From: a virus
Virus record (IMG/VR): IMGVR_UViG_3300027151_000002
Location: 42,735 to 106,734 of that record
Reading direction: 5' to 3' (one strand)
DNA length: 64,000 nt
The number at the start of each line of letters is the position of its first letter. Position 1 is the stretch's first letter. Of this stretch, positions 28,806-38,413 are shown piece by piece. The translations under genes and the position numbers were made by a program. The notes under the pieces were generated by a model that did not search any database, was not told the origin of the DNA, and worked only from the letters and a program-made list of their open reading frames with translations.

Positions 28806-29120
28806 ATGGAACCCTGGTCCATCGTTGCTGAAGATCCCGCAACAGGCGAACCCTTCGGCCTGGTCCTTCAACACGACGTTGACCCAGAACTCGCTGAACA
28901 CATCGCACGCAATCTTCTCGCTACCTTCCGCCTCACAGGTGGCTACCTCCCAACCAACGGCCATCGTTCCCTTAAAGGTCACTACCTCTTCCTCTACTTC
29001 GTCGCACCAGAACCCGTCGCACGCTTAGCCACCATCTGGGCACGCTCCTTTCAAGACGCTGAAGACAAGCTCAATATCCTCGCCTCAGATGGCACCCTCC
29101 TCATGCCCTCCTCCGGTTAA
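28806..29120 (+). CDS. Hypothetical protein
   Basis: MEPWSIVAED..., downstream of a GGCAACCTAA motif. Confidence 0.5.
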   Translation: MEPWSIVAEDPATGEPFGLVLQHDVDPELAEHIARNLLATFRLTGGYLPTNGHRSLKGHYLFLYFVAPEPVARLATIWARSFQDAEDKLNILASDGTLLMPSSG

Positions 29121-29129
29121 ACTCCGGCC

Positions 29130-30341
29130 ATGGCAAATACAATCTCAGATCTCAAGTTTGACCATAAGAACGCCCGCAAGCGTACTGATAGTTCCGCACG
29201 CCTCATTCAGGAATCCCTGCAGCGCTACGGCGCAGCACGCTCCATCGTCATCGACGAAGAGAACCGCATCCTTGCGGGCAACGGCACCATCGAAGGTGCC
29301 AAGGCACTAGGGCTAACGAAGCTCAAGGTCGTTGAAGCCAGCGGTGACGAGATCATCGCCGTGCGCCGTAGCGGCCTCTCCGAAGATGAGAAGGTCGGCC
29401 TCGCTATCGCTGACAACCGCGCTGCTGAACTCTCGGACTGGGATGCCGAGATGCTGCAACAGCTCAGCGAAGAGCATGACCTAGAGCCTTGGTTTGAAGC
29501 AGAAGACCTAGACGAGCTGCTTAAGGAAGCCGAGCAACTCGATCCAGTCGAAGGCAACACCGACCCCGATGAGGTGCCTGAGGCACCCGAAGATCCGATC
29601 ACCAAGCCAGGTGATCTCTGGATTCTCGGCAATCATCGCCTCCTCTGCGGTGACAGCACCAACCCGCAGCACGTTGAACGCCTGATGGATCAGCAGGAGG
29701 CGGACATGCTCTACTGCGATCCTCCTTATGGGATGAACCTCAACACCGACTACAGCCAGATCAAAGGCTCCGCAAAAAGCCCTAACGCAAAGGGCTACAA
29801 ATGGAAAGAAGTAATAGGAGATGACAAAGATTTTGATCCATCGGCTCTAATAGCTTTGTTCCAAGATGTGCCAGAGCAATTTTGGTGGGGAGCTGATTAT
29901 TACTTTGAATGCCTGCCTCGCGGTGGCAGCTTGATTGTTTGGCAAAAACGGGACAAGGCTGATGCTGAGATGATCGGTAACGATTTTGAGATCTGCTGGT
30001 CTAAGAAGCGCCATAAGAAAGCAACATTTTGGAAGCGCTGGGTTGGTTTTGACTCTGTAGAACGCGGAGAGAAGCGCGTCCACCCAACGCAGAAGCCCGT
30101 TGACTTGCATTCATGGGTCTTCGATCAATGGGGAAAACAAGGTGACGTTGTAGTAGACCTCTTTGGAGGCTCAGGCTCCACCCTTATCGCCTGCGAAAAG
30201 ACCAACCGCCACTGCCGCATAATGGAACTCGACCCCGCCTACTGCGATGTGATCGTCAAGCGCTGGGAAGACTTCACCGGTAACACCGCCATCTGCCAAC
30301 CCTCCGCTACCCACTTTGCGGAGCAACAGGAGGCAGCCTGA
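29130..30341 (+). CDS. ParB-like domain fused to N4C/N6A DNA methyltransferase
   Basis: ILAGNG...ADNR; HRLLCGDS, DPPY, HPTQKP, DLFGGSGST. Confidence 0.9.
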   Translation: MANTISDLKFDHKNARKRTDSSARLIQESLQRYGAARSIVIDEENRILAGNGTIEGAKALGLTKLKVVEASGDEIIAVRRSGLSEDEKVGLAIADNRAAELSDWDAEMLQQLSEEHDLEPWFEAEDLDELLKEAEQLDPVEGNTDPDEVPEAPEDPITKPGDLWILGNHRLLCGDSTNPQHVERLMDQQEADMLYCDPPYGMNLNTDYSQIKGSAKSPNAKGYKWKEVIGDDKDFDPSALIALFQDVPEQFWWGADYYFECLPRGGSLIVWQKRDKADAEMIGNDFEICWSKKRHKKATFWKRWVGFDSVERGEKRVHPTQKPVDLHSWVFDQWGKQGDVVVDLFGGSGSTLIACEKTNRHCRIMELDPAYCDVIVKRWEDFTGNTAICQPSATHFAEQQEAA

Positions 30342-30664
30342 TGGCAGCCCGCGATTCCTACCAAGGTCAAGCTATCGAGCGGGCACGCCGCTTCGCTCGC
30401 ATAATCGCCAATGGCGGCCGTAGGTCGGACTGCCTGCGCTATGCCGAAGAAAACTGGGGGGTCAAGGCAAGCTCCTGCGATCAATACCTCCGCATGGCCC
30501 GCGATCAGCTCAAGGCTGACTGGGACATCGAACGGCCCCAGATGATCGCTGACCTGCTCTCTCAGTGCTCCACCCTTCAGATGGAAGCCCGCCGCGCTGG
30601 GCAGTACCACATCGCTCTAGGTGCCATTAACACCGCAGCCAAGCTCGCTCAGCTCTGCTCGTGA
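30341..30664 (+). CDS. Terminase small subunit (probable)
   Basis: 107 aa helical/HTH-like protein coupled to terL. Confidence 0.6.
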   Translation: MAARDSYQGQAIERARRFARIIANGGRRSDCLRYAEENWGVKASSCDQYLRMARDQLKADWDIERPQMIADLLSQCSTLQMEARRAGQYHIALGAINTAAKLAQLCS

Positions 30665-32010
30665 GCATCCTTGCTGCTGCACCAACAGGCAACGTCCTTC
30701 AGCAGATCGGTCATGGCAACGGCGACCTTGATGTAGCCAACCTCCTCGCTCGCATCACAGCGGACCTGCACCCCGGTCAGCTCGCCTTTGTCGAAGACCA
30801 GACAACCGAGATCCTTGGCATTTCTGCCGGATACGGCGCTGGTAAAACCCGTGCACTAGCCAGCAAGGCCGTTCACCTCGCCGCCAGCAATCAGGGCTTC
30901 ATCGGCATCGTCATGGAGCCCACCGGCCCATTGATCCGTGACATCTGGCAGAACGACTTCGACGACTTCCTAGAGGCCTACGACATCCCCTACACGTTCC
31001 GCGCTTCACCGCTCCCGGAATACGTGCTGCACCTGCCCGGCGGCGACACCAAGATCCTCTGCCGCAGCTTTGAAAACTGGCAGCGCTGCATCGGCATCAA
31101 CGCCGCATGGTGCCTCTGCGATGAAATTGATACTGTCCCACCCTCCACGGCCAACAAGGCCTTCCCCAAGATCCTTGGCCGCCTTCGTGCCGGCAACGTT
31201 CGGCAGTTCGGTGCAGCCTCCACACCTGAAGGCTTCCGCTGGATGTGGCAAACCTTCGCCTCAGAAGAGACCAAGGAACGCGCTGATCGCAAGCTGATCA
31301 AGATGCGCACGGCAGACAACCCCTATCTGCCGCCTGACTTCATTGAGCGTCTACAGGCCAACTACGACCCGAACCTGCTGCAGGCCTACCTCAACGGTGA
31401 GTTTGTCTCGCTCACCACCGGCCAGGTGTACGACCGCTTCAACCGTGAGCTGCACGTTCAGACGGTTGACTGGGATCCAGAAGAGCCGATCCTGCTCGGC
31501 ATTGACTTCAATATTGGCAACATGAGTGGCGTCTTAGCCGTGCGCCGTGGCCGTGAGCTGCACGTCTTTGATGAGATTACCGGTGCCCACGACACCGATG
31601 CCCTCGCTCAAGAGGCTCGCCGCCGTTACGGCAAAGCACGCATCCTTGGCTACCCCGATGCTTCCGGTGCCAACCGCAGCACCAATAGCTCCCGCAGCGA
31701 CATCGCCATCCTGGAGAGCTACGACATCAGCAACATGGCACCCTCAGCCAACCCACCGGTGCGCGACAGGATCGCAGCGGTGCAAGCGTTGCTGGAGAAC
31801 GGCATGGCCGAGCGCCGTCTGTTCGTCGATAAGCGCTGCAAGAAGCTGATCGAGTGCCTAGAGCTGCAGAGCTACACAGAGCAAGGTGATCCAGACAAGA
31901 GCGCCGGCTATGACCACATGAATGATGCGCTCGGCTACATCGTCCACCGCTGCTTTGAAGTGGGCCGTGGCCACAGCGGTAAAGCAGTGCGCAATCTGCG
32001 CATCTACTGA
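30661..32010 (+). CDS. terL: Terminase large subunit
   Basis: Walker A AGYGAGKT, Walker B LCDE, STPEG, nuclease GIDFN...DHMNDALGY. Confidence 0.92.
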   Translation: MSILAAAPTGNVLQQIGHGNGDLDVANLLARITADLHPGQLAFVEDQTTEILGISAGYGAGKTRALASKAVHLAASNQGFIGIVMEPTGPLIRDIWQNDFDDFLEAYDIPYTFRASPLPEYVLHLPGGDTKILCRSFENWQRCIGINAAWCLCDEIDTVPPSTANKAFPKILGRLRAGNVRQFGAASTPEGFRWMWQTFASEETKERADRKLIKMRTADNPYLPPDFIERLQANYDPNLLQAYLNGEFVSLTTGQVYDRFNRELHVQTVDWDPEEPILLGIDFNIGNMSGVLAVRRGRELHVFDEITGAHDTDALAQEARRRYGKARILGYPDASGANRSTNSSRSDIAILESYDISNMAPSANPPVRDRIAAVQALLENGMAERRLFVDKRCKKLIECLELQSYTEQGDPDKSAGYDHMNDALGYIVHRCFEVGRGHSGKAVRNLRIY

Positions 32011-32033
32011 TCGGAAACCTAGAAAAAAGGGCT

Positions 32034-33503
32034 GTGCACTTCAATCTCGCTGCCACTGAACTCAAGCCCGTCCTGTCCATTCAGGATCTCGGCGTTCACG
32101 ATCCCGGCATCGCCTGGCAGCGGATGCAGCCCCGCTGGGAACTCATCGAAGAGCTGATCGGTGGCACGCTGCAGCTGCAAGCCGCAGGCCGTCGCTACCT
32201 GCCGCAGGAGCCGAAGGAATCCGACGAGAGCTATCTCGCCCGCCTGCGCCGCAGCGTCTGCCCGCCGTACTACCAGCGCTTAGAGCAGATGCTGGCCGGC
32301 ATGATCAGCCGCAAGCCAGTCCGTCTGGACAACGTGCCTGATCAGGTGCAAGAGCACATGATGGACGTCGATCTGCAGGGCAACGATCTCAACGTCTACC
32401 TGCACAGCCTGGCCCGCACCTGTCTGCGCTACGGGCACGTCGGCGTGCTGGTGGACTTCCCTCGCGGTGATGAAGGCGACGACACACCGGTTACTGACTT
32501 CAACCGTCCCTACTGGGTGAGCTACAGCCCACGGGACATCCTTGGCTGGCGAACTGACGTAGTGGGCGGCACGCAAAAGCTCACGCAGCTGCGCCTGCTA
32601 GAGCGCGTCGTCGTGCCTTACTCGGAATACGGCGAAGAGGTGGTGGAGCAGGTGCGGGTGCTGACGCCCGGTGCGTTCCAGCTGTTCCGCAAGCAGGCCT
32701 CCCGCTCCCGTGATTGGGAACTGGTCAGCGAAGGCCAGACCACGCTCGACGAGATCCCCTTTGCGGTTGCCTACTCCAACCGCGTGGGCATCCTGGAATC
32801 CACCCCGCCGCTGGAAGAGGTCGCACACCTCAACCTGCAGAGCTACCGCGTCAGCTCAGACCTCAGCAATCAGCTGCACATCGCTGCTGTGCCTCGCTTC
32901 CATCTGTACGGCGTGCCAGCCGAACTAGATGAGATCACTGCTGGCCCTGACTCCGCCATGGCTCTACCCGTGGATTCACGGGCTGAGTTTGTGGAGCCGC
33001 AAGGCACCAGCTACGGCTTCCAGTTCCAGCAGCTGGATCGCATTGAACGCCAGATCAATCAACTTGGCCTGGCCGCTGTGATGGGTCAAAACATGACCAA
33101 CCAAGCGGCAGAAGCCAAGGCCATTGACCGCAGCCAAGGTGATGCTGCCCTGATGACCGTGGCGCTTGGCCTGCAGGATCTGATCGACAACTGCCTGCGC
33201 TTCCACAGTGCGTTCCTCGGTCTGCCCAACAGCGGCAGCAGCATGGTCAACAACGACTTCGTGGCCCGCACGCTGGAGCCTGGTCATGTAGCCGAGCTGA
33301 TCAAGCTGCGCCTCAACGGTGACATCACGCAGGAAACCCTGCTGATCCAGCTAGCCGATGGTGAGTGGCTCTACGACGACTTCAATGTCGATCAGGAGAT
33401 TGAAGCCACCGCAGCGCAACAGCAATCACGGCTTGATGCACAAGCTGCGCAGCTTGATGCAAATCTGCAACAACTTCCGGGGCAACCTAATCAGCAACCC
33501 TGA
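32034..33503 (+). CDS. Portal protein (DUF4055-type)
   Basis: YLPQEPKE...Y..RL, DVDLQG, YGHVGVLVD; follows terL. Confidence 0.85.
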   Translation: MHFNLAATELKPVLSIQDLGVHDPGIAWQRMQPRWELIEELIGGTLQLQAAGRRYLPQEPKESDESYLARLRRSVCPPYYQRLEQMLAGMISRKPVRLDNVPDQVQEHMMDVDLQGNDLNVYLHSLARTCLRYGHVGVLVDFPRGDEGDDTPVTDFNRPYWVSYSPRDILGWRTDVVGGTQKLTQLRLLERVVVPYSEYGEEVVEQVRVLTPGAFQLFRKQASRSRDWELVSEGQTTLDEIPFAVAYSNRVGILESTPPLEEVAHLNLQSYRVSSDLSNQLHIAAVPRFHLYGVPAELDEITAGPDSAMALPVDSRAEFVEPQGTSYGFQFQQLDRIERQINQLGLAAVMGQNMTNQAAEAKAIDRSQGDAALMTVALGLQDLIDNCLRFHSAFLGLPNSGSSMVNNDFVARTLEPGHVAELIKLRLNGDITQETLLIQLADGEWLYDDFNVDQEIEATAAQQQSRLDAQAAQLDANLQQLPGQPNQQP

Positions 33504-33517
33504 GCCTGTGGCTCTAC

Positions 33518-34201
33518 ATGCCCGACAACGACACCGCTCCTGTGGAGCAGTCTGCAAACAACGCTGATCTGCAAGCCCTGCAAGCAGAACTCGATGCCAT
33601 GCGCCGCAAGAATGCGGAGCTGCTGGACGAGAAGAAGAAGCTGGCCAAGAAGCTGCCTGAAGTGCCCGATGGCGTTGATGTCCAGGAACTGCTGGACTTC
33701 AAGCGCAAGGTGGAGCAGCAGCAGCTGGAATCCAAAGGCAAGTACGACGAAGCGCTTAAGACCTACGAGCAGCAGTACCGCGAGCGTGAATCGCAGCTGC
33801 AGGCTCGTGTCGCTGAGCTAGAGGCCGAAAACCGTGAACTCAAGGTGATCGGTCCTGCCGTCGCTGCCCTGGCCGACACCGTGCACGATCCAGATGAGGT
33901 GATCAGGTTGCGGCTCAAGCCCGATCAGATTGAGCGCGAAGCAGACGGCAGCGTGGTCGTTGTCGATGGCTACCAGCGCACACCAATCAGCGACTGGGCA
34001 CGCACCAGCCTGCCGCAGTACCGCCTCAAGGCACCAAAGCCCGCCGGCACCGGCGCACCGGTTGGCCGTAGCACCGCTGAACTACCTGCCGGCAGCAAAA
34101 ACCCCTTCTCGCGTGAGCACTACAACCTCACCGAACAAGCACGGATCTACAAAACAGATCCTGAACTCTATGCACGCTTAAAAGCTGCAGCTAGTAAGTA
34201 A
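33518..34201 (+). CDS. Capsid scaffold protein
   Basis: Coiled coil, NPF...NLTEQ C-terminus; lies between portal and capsid. Confidence 0.8.
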   Translation: MPDNDTAPVEQSANNADLQALQAELDAMRRKNAELLDEKKKLAKKLPEVPDGVDVQELLDFKRKVEQQQLESKGKYDEALKTYEQQYRERESQLQARVAELEAENRELKVIGPAVAALADTVHDPDEVIRLRLKPDQIEREADGSVVVVDGYQRTPISDWARTSLPQYRLKAPKPAGTGAPVGRSTAELPAGSKNPFSREHYNLTEQARIYKTDPELYARLKAAASK

Positions 34202-34296
34202 ACGCTTCTGGCATACTTACAAGCAAGAGGGAAGGCTGTGCTGACCCATTGGCCTGTGGCCGCACCACAAACCCACTCTCTTTAGGAGCTTGAACC

Positions 34297-35352
34297 ATGG
34301 CGGCAACAGTCCGCTCGGATATTGTCATCCCGGAGATTTTTACTCCGTATCTGGAAGAGGCCACCACTCTTCGCAATGCCTTTATCGCTTCCGGTGTTGT
34401 GCAGCCCCTTGAGGCTCTCAACGCTGTGGCCGATGGCGGCGACTACGTGAATGTGCCCTTTTTCGATGCCAACCTCAGCGGCGACGCTGAAGTGCTGGCT
34501 GATAACGCCAGTCTGACCCCTGGCAACATCACCGCCGACAAGCAGCGCGGTGTGGTGCTGCACCGTGGTCGCGCTTGGGGTGTGCGTGAGCTGGCCAAGC
34601 TGGCTGCTGGTGCTGACCCCATGGCCGCCATCGGCAACAAGGTCGCTGCCTACATCGCTCACCAACAGCAGAAGGATCTGCTGGCCACCCTCGCTGGTGT
34701 GTTTGGTGCAGTCGGTAGCAGCAACAGCTCGGCATCCTTTGTCGATCTGACCTTTGATGCCGGCGGTTCTGGTGAGACCCCTCTCACCCCTCGTCACGTC
34801 GCCAAGGCTCGTGCACTGCTGGGTGATCAAGGCGACAAGCTGAGCGCTATCTGCATGCACTCGGCTGTCTACTACGACCTCGTAGAGCGTCGTGCCATTG
34901 ACTACGTGACCGCCTCTGAAGCTCGCGCTACCGCTGCTGCTTCTAACGCTGCTACCCCCGATGTGTTCGCTGGCTCTGTGGCTGGCGCATATACCGCTGA
35001 CGGCAGCGTGCCCTTTTACATGGGCATGCGCGTGATCGTCTCCGACGATGTGCAGACCAGCGGCTCTGGCTCCTCGAAGAAATATGCAACTTATTTCTTC
35101 ACTCCGGGGGCAGTCGGATCGGGCGAAGCCCAGGGCATCAAAACCGAAGTGGACCGCGACATCCTCGCGCTGGCCGACTACATGGCCGTGTCCTGGCACA
35201 ACGTGTTCCACCCCATTGGTGCTCAGTACCAGACCGCCGGCGGTGCTAACCCCTCACAGGCAACTCTGGCCACTGTTGCCAACTGGACCAAGGTGTACGA
35301 GACCAAGAACATTGGCATCGTGCGCGGCACTGTCACCAGCAACTTCGACTGA
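34297..35352 (+). CDS. Major capsid protein
   Basis: DIVIPEIFTPY, GGDYVNVPFF, DPMAAIG, NWTKVY. Confidence 0.88.
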   Translation: MAATVRSDIVIPEIFTPYLEEATTLRNAFIASGVVQPLEALNAVADGGDYVNVPFFDANLSGDAEVLADNASLTPGNITADKQRGVVLHRGRAWGVRELAKLAAGADPMAAIGNKVAAYIAHQQQKDLLATLAGVFGAVGSSNSSASFVDLTFDAGGSGETPLTPRHVAKARALLGDQGDKLSAICMHSAVYYDLVERRAIDYVTASEARATAAASNAATPDVFAGSVAGAYTADGSVPFYMGMRVIVSDDVQTSGSGSSKKYATYFFTPGAVGSGEAQGIKTEVDRDILALADYMAVSWHNVFHPIGAQYQTAGGANPSQATLATVANWTKVYETKNIGIVRGTVTSNFD

Positions 35353-35363
35353 GGTTGATCTTC

Positions 35364-35522
35364 ATGGGACTGACCGGGTTCAACCTGGCTCGTCGTGAAG
35401 AAGAAGAGGCTGCTGCTTCGGCAGTGGCCTCTGTTTCTACAGAGTCAGAAGTCTGCTCCATGCCTGAGCAGAAAGAAGCCCCCAAGCGCGGGCGCAAGAA
35501 GGCTGAGTCTGTCGAAGACTGA
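35364..35522 (+). CDS. Small protein after capsid (52 aa)
   Basis: GAGG RBS; MGLTGFNLARRE...PKRGRKK. Confidence 0.5.
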   Translation: MGLTGFNLARREEEEAAASAVASVSTESEVCSMPEQKEAPKRGRKKAESVED

Positions 35523-35659
35523 TGGCGGTCAAAGCTAAGGCGGGTGTTACTGCCCGCCTTTTTGGCAAGGGCAAACCCAAAAAGACCCGGCAAGGGTATG
35601 GCCAGCACAGCCGGCCAAACCACGGGCGCAAAAAGCTAAGAGGACAAGGGCGTGGCTGA
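35522..35659 (+). CDS. Small basic peptide (45 aa, absent from ORF track)
   Basis: MAVKAKAGVTARLFGKGKPKKTRQGYGQHSRPNHGRKKLRGQGRG; homologue at 8333. Confidence 0.7.
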   Translation: MAVKAKAGVTARLFGKGKPKKTRQGYGQHSRPNHGRKKLRGQGRG

Positions 35660-36665
35660 TCTGTCGCAGCAAGTTGAAGCGTTCCTGCGCAACGCGCTGC
35701 GGCAAAAACAGCTGGAAGATCGCCTGATCAGGCAAGCACTACGAGACCTGCGCACCACGCTGACAGCTGTAGAGCGCGTCGTTGGTCAGTCGGGTGTGCT
35801 GAGCTTTGGGCCGGGCCGTGAGCAGACCATCAATGCGGTGGTGGCCGCTGTGGCCCGCAGCGTGCAGGAGAGCTTCGGTGTGCCGCAACTGGCAGCGCTG
35901 CAGGAAGCCCTGCGGCCGTTTGTAGAGCAGCAGCTGAGCTTCGCCCGCCGCATGGTCACCATGGCCGGCGGTGACCTAATCAATGAAGGTGCAGCGTCAG
36001 CATCAACCGTTCAGGTGCAGCGCATCGTTAATGACGCGGTGGTGGCTGGCAAAACGCTGAGCACGCAGCTCACGCAGAGCCTGCCGGCGTTGGTGGCTGA
36101 TCGTGTGGAGCGCTTTGCACGCCTTGGCCTCTCGGACATCGGCGGCGAAACCTTCGCCACCTACGAAAGCGCCGTGGTGCGCATCACCGAAAACAACGTT
36201 GAAGCCCTGATCCGCACAGGTGTGCAGGAAGTAGGCAGCGCCGCGCAGCAGGCGATCTATGAGTTTGAAGCCGATCCTGACTGGATGGGACCGGACGGGC
36301 TTGTCTGGACAGCAGTGCTGGATTCTGCCGTTTGCCCAATCTGCTTGAAGCTGGATGGCAAGCGATTTCCAGCTACTTACCGGAAGGTATCACCGCATTT
36401 TCAGTGTAGATGTGTAATCCTGCCTTGGAAATGGCGCAACGAGACGATGACCGATCCACAGGGCAACCCGGTGCAGCCCAATCGCCTGGCTGACGGTGAT
36501 GGCGCCGAGGGTGCGTTGTCATTCAAAGTGGCTGCCAAGCAGTGGGTCAAAGACAACCCCGAGACTGCACAGGCCATCTTTGGCAAGAAGCTGGGCCAAC
36601 GCCTTGTTGACGGTGAGATCAGCTTTGATCGTGCCGTCAAACTCTGGCAATCACCCAAGAAATAA
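35652..36665 (+). CDS. Minor head morphogenesis protein (SPP1 gp7/Mu F-like)
   Basis: WTAVLDSAVCPIC...LDG...PHFQCRC. Confidence 0.85.
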   Translation: MADLSQQVEAFLRNALRQKQLEDRLIRQALRDLRTTLTAVERVVGQSGVLSFGPGREQTINAVVAAVARSVQESFGVPQLAALQEALRPFVEQQLSFARRMVTMAGGDLINEGAASASTVQVQRIVNDAVVAGKTLSTQLTQSLPALVADRVERFARLGLSDIGGETFATYESAVVRITENNVEALIRTGVQEVGSAAQQAIYEFEADPDWMGPDGLVWTAVLDSAVCPICLKLDGKRFPATYRKVSPHFQCRCVILPWKWRNETMTDPQGNPVQPNRLADGDGAEGALSFKVAAKQWVKDNPETAQAIFGKKLGQRLVDGEISFDRAVKLWQSPKK

Positions 36666-36696
36666 GCGGGCAACCTAGCGGCAAGGGTGTGCCGCT

Positions 36697-37254
36697 ATGA
36701 CCGTCACTGTCGTTGCTACTGCTGGCGCTGCTGATGCCAACAGCTATCTGACAGTGGCTGCTGCAGATGATTTGGCCAACCTGTACCTCGGCACTCTCAA
36801 CTGGTCATCGGCCAGCACCGATAACAAAGGCCGTGCGCTGATCATGGCCACGCGCTACCTCGATGAGCTGAGCTACATCGGTGAGCGTGCTGCCAGCACA
36901 CAAGCGCTGCTCTGGCCCCGCACGGACGCCGAGTGTGGCGACTGGTCTTACAGCAGCACCGAGATCCCCAAGCCGATCAAGCAGGCCACCTTTGACCTGG
37001 CCGAATACCTGCTCGGTGATGGCAATGCCCTGTCAACTGGCGGTGCCGGCAGTAGCGAACTGATCAGCGGCATCCCCAACGCCAACCTCAAGCGTGCCCA
37101 GATTGATGTGATCAGCGTGGAGTTCAATTCCACCCCACAGGCCGAAAGCAAGAACGCTTTGAATGTGCTTCCGCACTTGTCTAAAGTGTTGGGATGCTTA
37201 TGCACCAGCACCGCAGCATCAGCCTTCGGGTCGCGCCTCGTCCTGCGAAGTTAG
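36697..37254 (+). CDS. Head-tail adaptor (DnaT-like family)
   Basis: ANSYLTV...ALIMATRYLD...QALLWPR...IPKPIKQAT. Confidence 0.75.
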   Translation: MTVTVVATAGAADANSYLTVAAADDLANLYLGTLNWSSASTDNKGRALIMATRYLDELSYIGERAASTQALLWPRTDAECGDWSYSSTEIPKPIKQATFDLAEYLLGDGNALSTGGAGSSELISGIPNANLKRAQIDVISVEFNSTPQAESKNALNVLPHLSKVLGCLCTSTAASAFGSRLVLRS

Positions 37255-37259
37255 ACAAG

Positions 37260-37838
37260 ATGCGCGTTGCTGAAGGCCAGCTTGATTTCTTCAGCACTCC
37301 GGCCGCTGCACCGGAGAAAAAGCGCAGCGAAGGACACCTTGCTAAACCACTGACCCGCGAGGAACAGCGGCGGTTTGGGCGCATGTATGCCGAAAACATC
37401 GGCCTGATCAAGATGTTCGGCGGGAAGCTGTGCCGCAAGTACAGCCACTGCATGGCCAAGGAGGATATCTTCTCCTGCTGTGACATTGCCTTCTTGAAGG
37501 CGTGCCGTGCTTGGGATCCCGAGAAGGGAAAGCTGAGCACGATCTTCTGGAGCTTTGCCCAAGGTGAAGTGCTGCACTTTTTGCGGGGCCACAACTGGAC
37601 GATCAAGGCCACGCACAAGGTCAGGCTGCTGGGCAACAACGCCAGGCGGCTGATGGCGTTGGGCTGGCAGCCGGCAGCGATCTGCAAGGAGCTGAGCTGC
37701 AGCAAGCAAGACCTCAAGGAAGCACTGCTAGCGACAGCAGGCGTGGCCCATGACGTGAAGGGCTTTGACCTACATGTATGCCCGCGCATGACGCCGTGGG
37801 AGGTACTTGAGGCCGAAGAGGAGGCTGCTGCTAGTTAG
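37260..37838 (+). CDS. Short sigma70-family factor (region 2 plus HTH)
   Basis: NIGLI...EDI...AFLKACRAWDPEKGKLST. Confidence 0.7.
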   Translation: MRVAEGQLDFFSTPAAAPEKKRSEGHLAKPLTREEQRRFGRMYAENIGLIKMFGGKLCRKYSHCMAKEDIFSCCDIAFLKACRAWDPEKGKLSTIFWSFAQGEVLHFLRGHNWTIKATHKVRLLGNNARRLMALGWQPAAICKELSCSKQDLKEALLATAGVAHDVKGFDLHVCPRMTPWEVLEAEEEAAAS

Positions 37839-37872
37839 GGGCAACCTAAGGCACACGCCACAGGTTTAAGTC

Positions 37873-38352
37873 ATGGCCACCGGTGCCTTTTTTAACTCGC
37901 TGGGGTATCGGTTCTATGTGAAGGCCGGCACCACCGCCAGCACCAAGCCAACCGCTAGCACCGGCATGACTGAGGTGCTGTCCCTGACCAACGCTGGTAT
38001 CCAGGGCACCAGCCAGACGCAGGAAGTGCAGGACTACGGCAGCACGCTGGGCTTTACCGCTTCGCTGGTGACCACGCAGGCTTACACCATCCCCTGCGAG
38101 ATGAACCTCAACCTGAATGACGCCGGTTATGCCGTCCTCAAAAATGCTGCCCTAAATGCTGCAACCGGCACCACTGTTGAGTGGTATCGTGAATCGCCCG
38201 AGATGAGTGGCACCGGCAGCCCTGAATACCACTCCGGCGTCGCCTTCGTGACCGACTTCTCGGAGTCGATTGCTGCAGGCAATGTTGCAACTGTCAGTTT
38301 TACCTTGTCGGGCTACGGCTCGTATTCCTGGTCTGCCGAGACCAACGCCTGA
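37873..38352 (+). CDS. Major tail tube protein
   Basis: 159 aa; FVTDFSES...VSFTLSGYG. Confidence 0.75.
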   Translation: MATGAFFNSLGYRFYVKAGTTASTKPTASTGMTEVLSLTNAGIQGTSQTQEVQDYGSTLGFTASLVTTQAYTIPCEMNLNLNDAGYAVLKNAALNAATGTTVEWYRESPEMSGTGSPEYHSGVAFVTDFSESIAAGNVATVSFTLSGYGSYSWSAETNA

Positions 38353-38380
38353 GCAACTTAGGTTGTCGGGTGGACAGCAG

Positions 38381-38409
38381 AGCGGCCAGCTGGAGATGGC
38401 CGCTTTTTT
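38381..38409 (+). terminator. Intrinsic terminator between convergent genes
   Basis: AGCGGCCA-loop-TGGCCGCT followed by TTTTT. Confidence 0.65.
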
Positions 38410-38413
38410 GTGT

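Noticed and set aside
34282-35211. Long antisense ORFs (34282-, 20016+, 45959-, 54570+, 60184+)
   Set aside because: Shadows of well-supported genes on the opposite strand
38353-38366. GCAAC-TTAG-GTTGT after the tail tube gene as a promoter motif copy
   Set aside because: Lacks the GG, has no downstream gene in that orientation, and is more likely a hairpin
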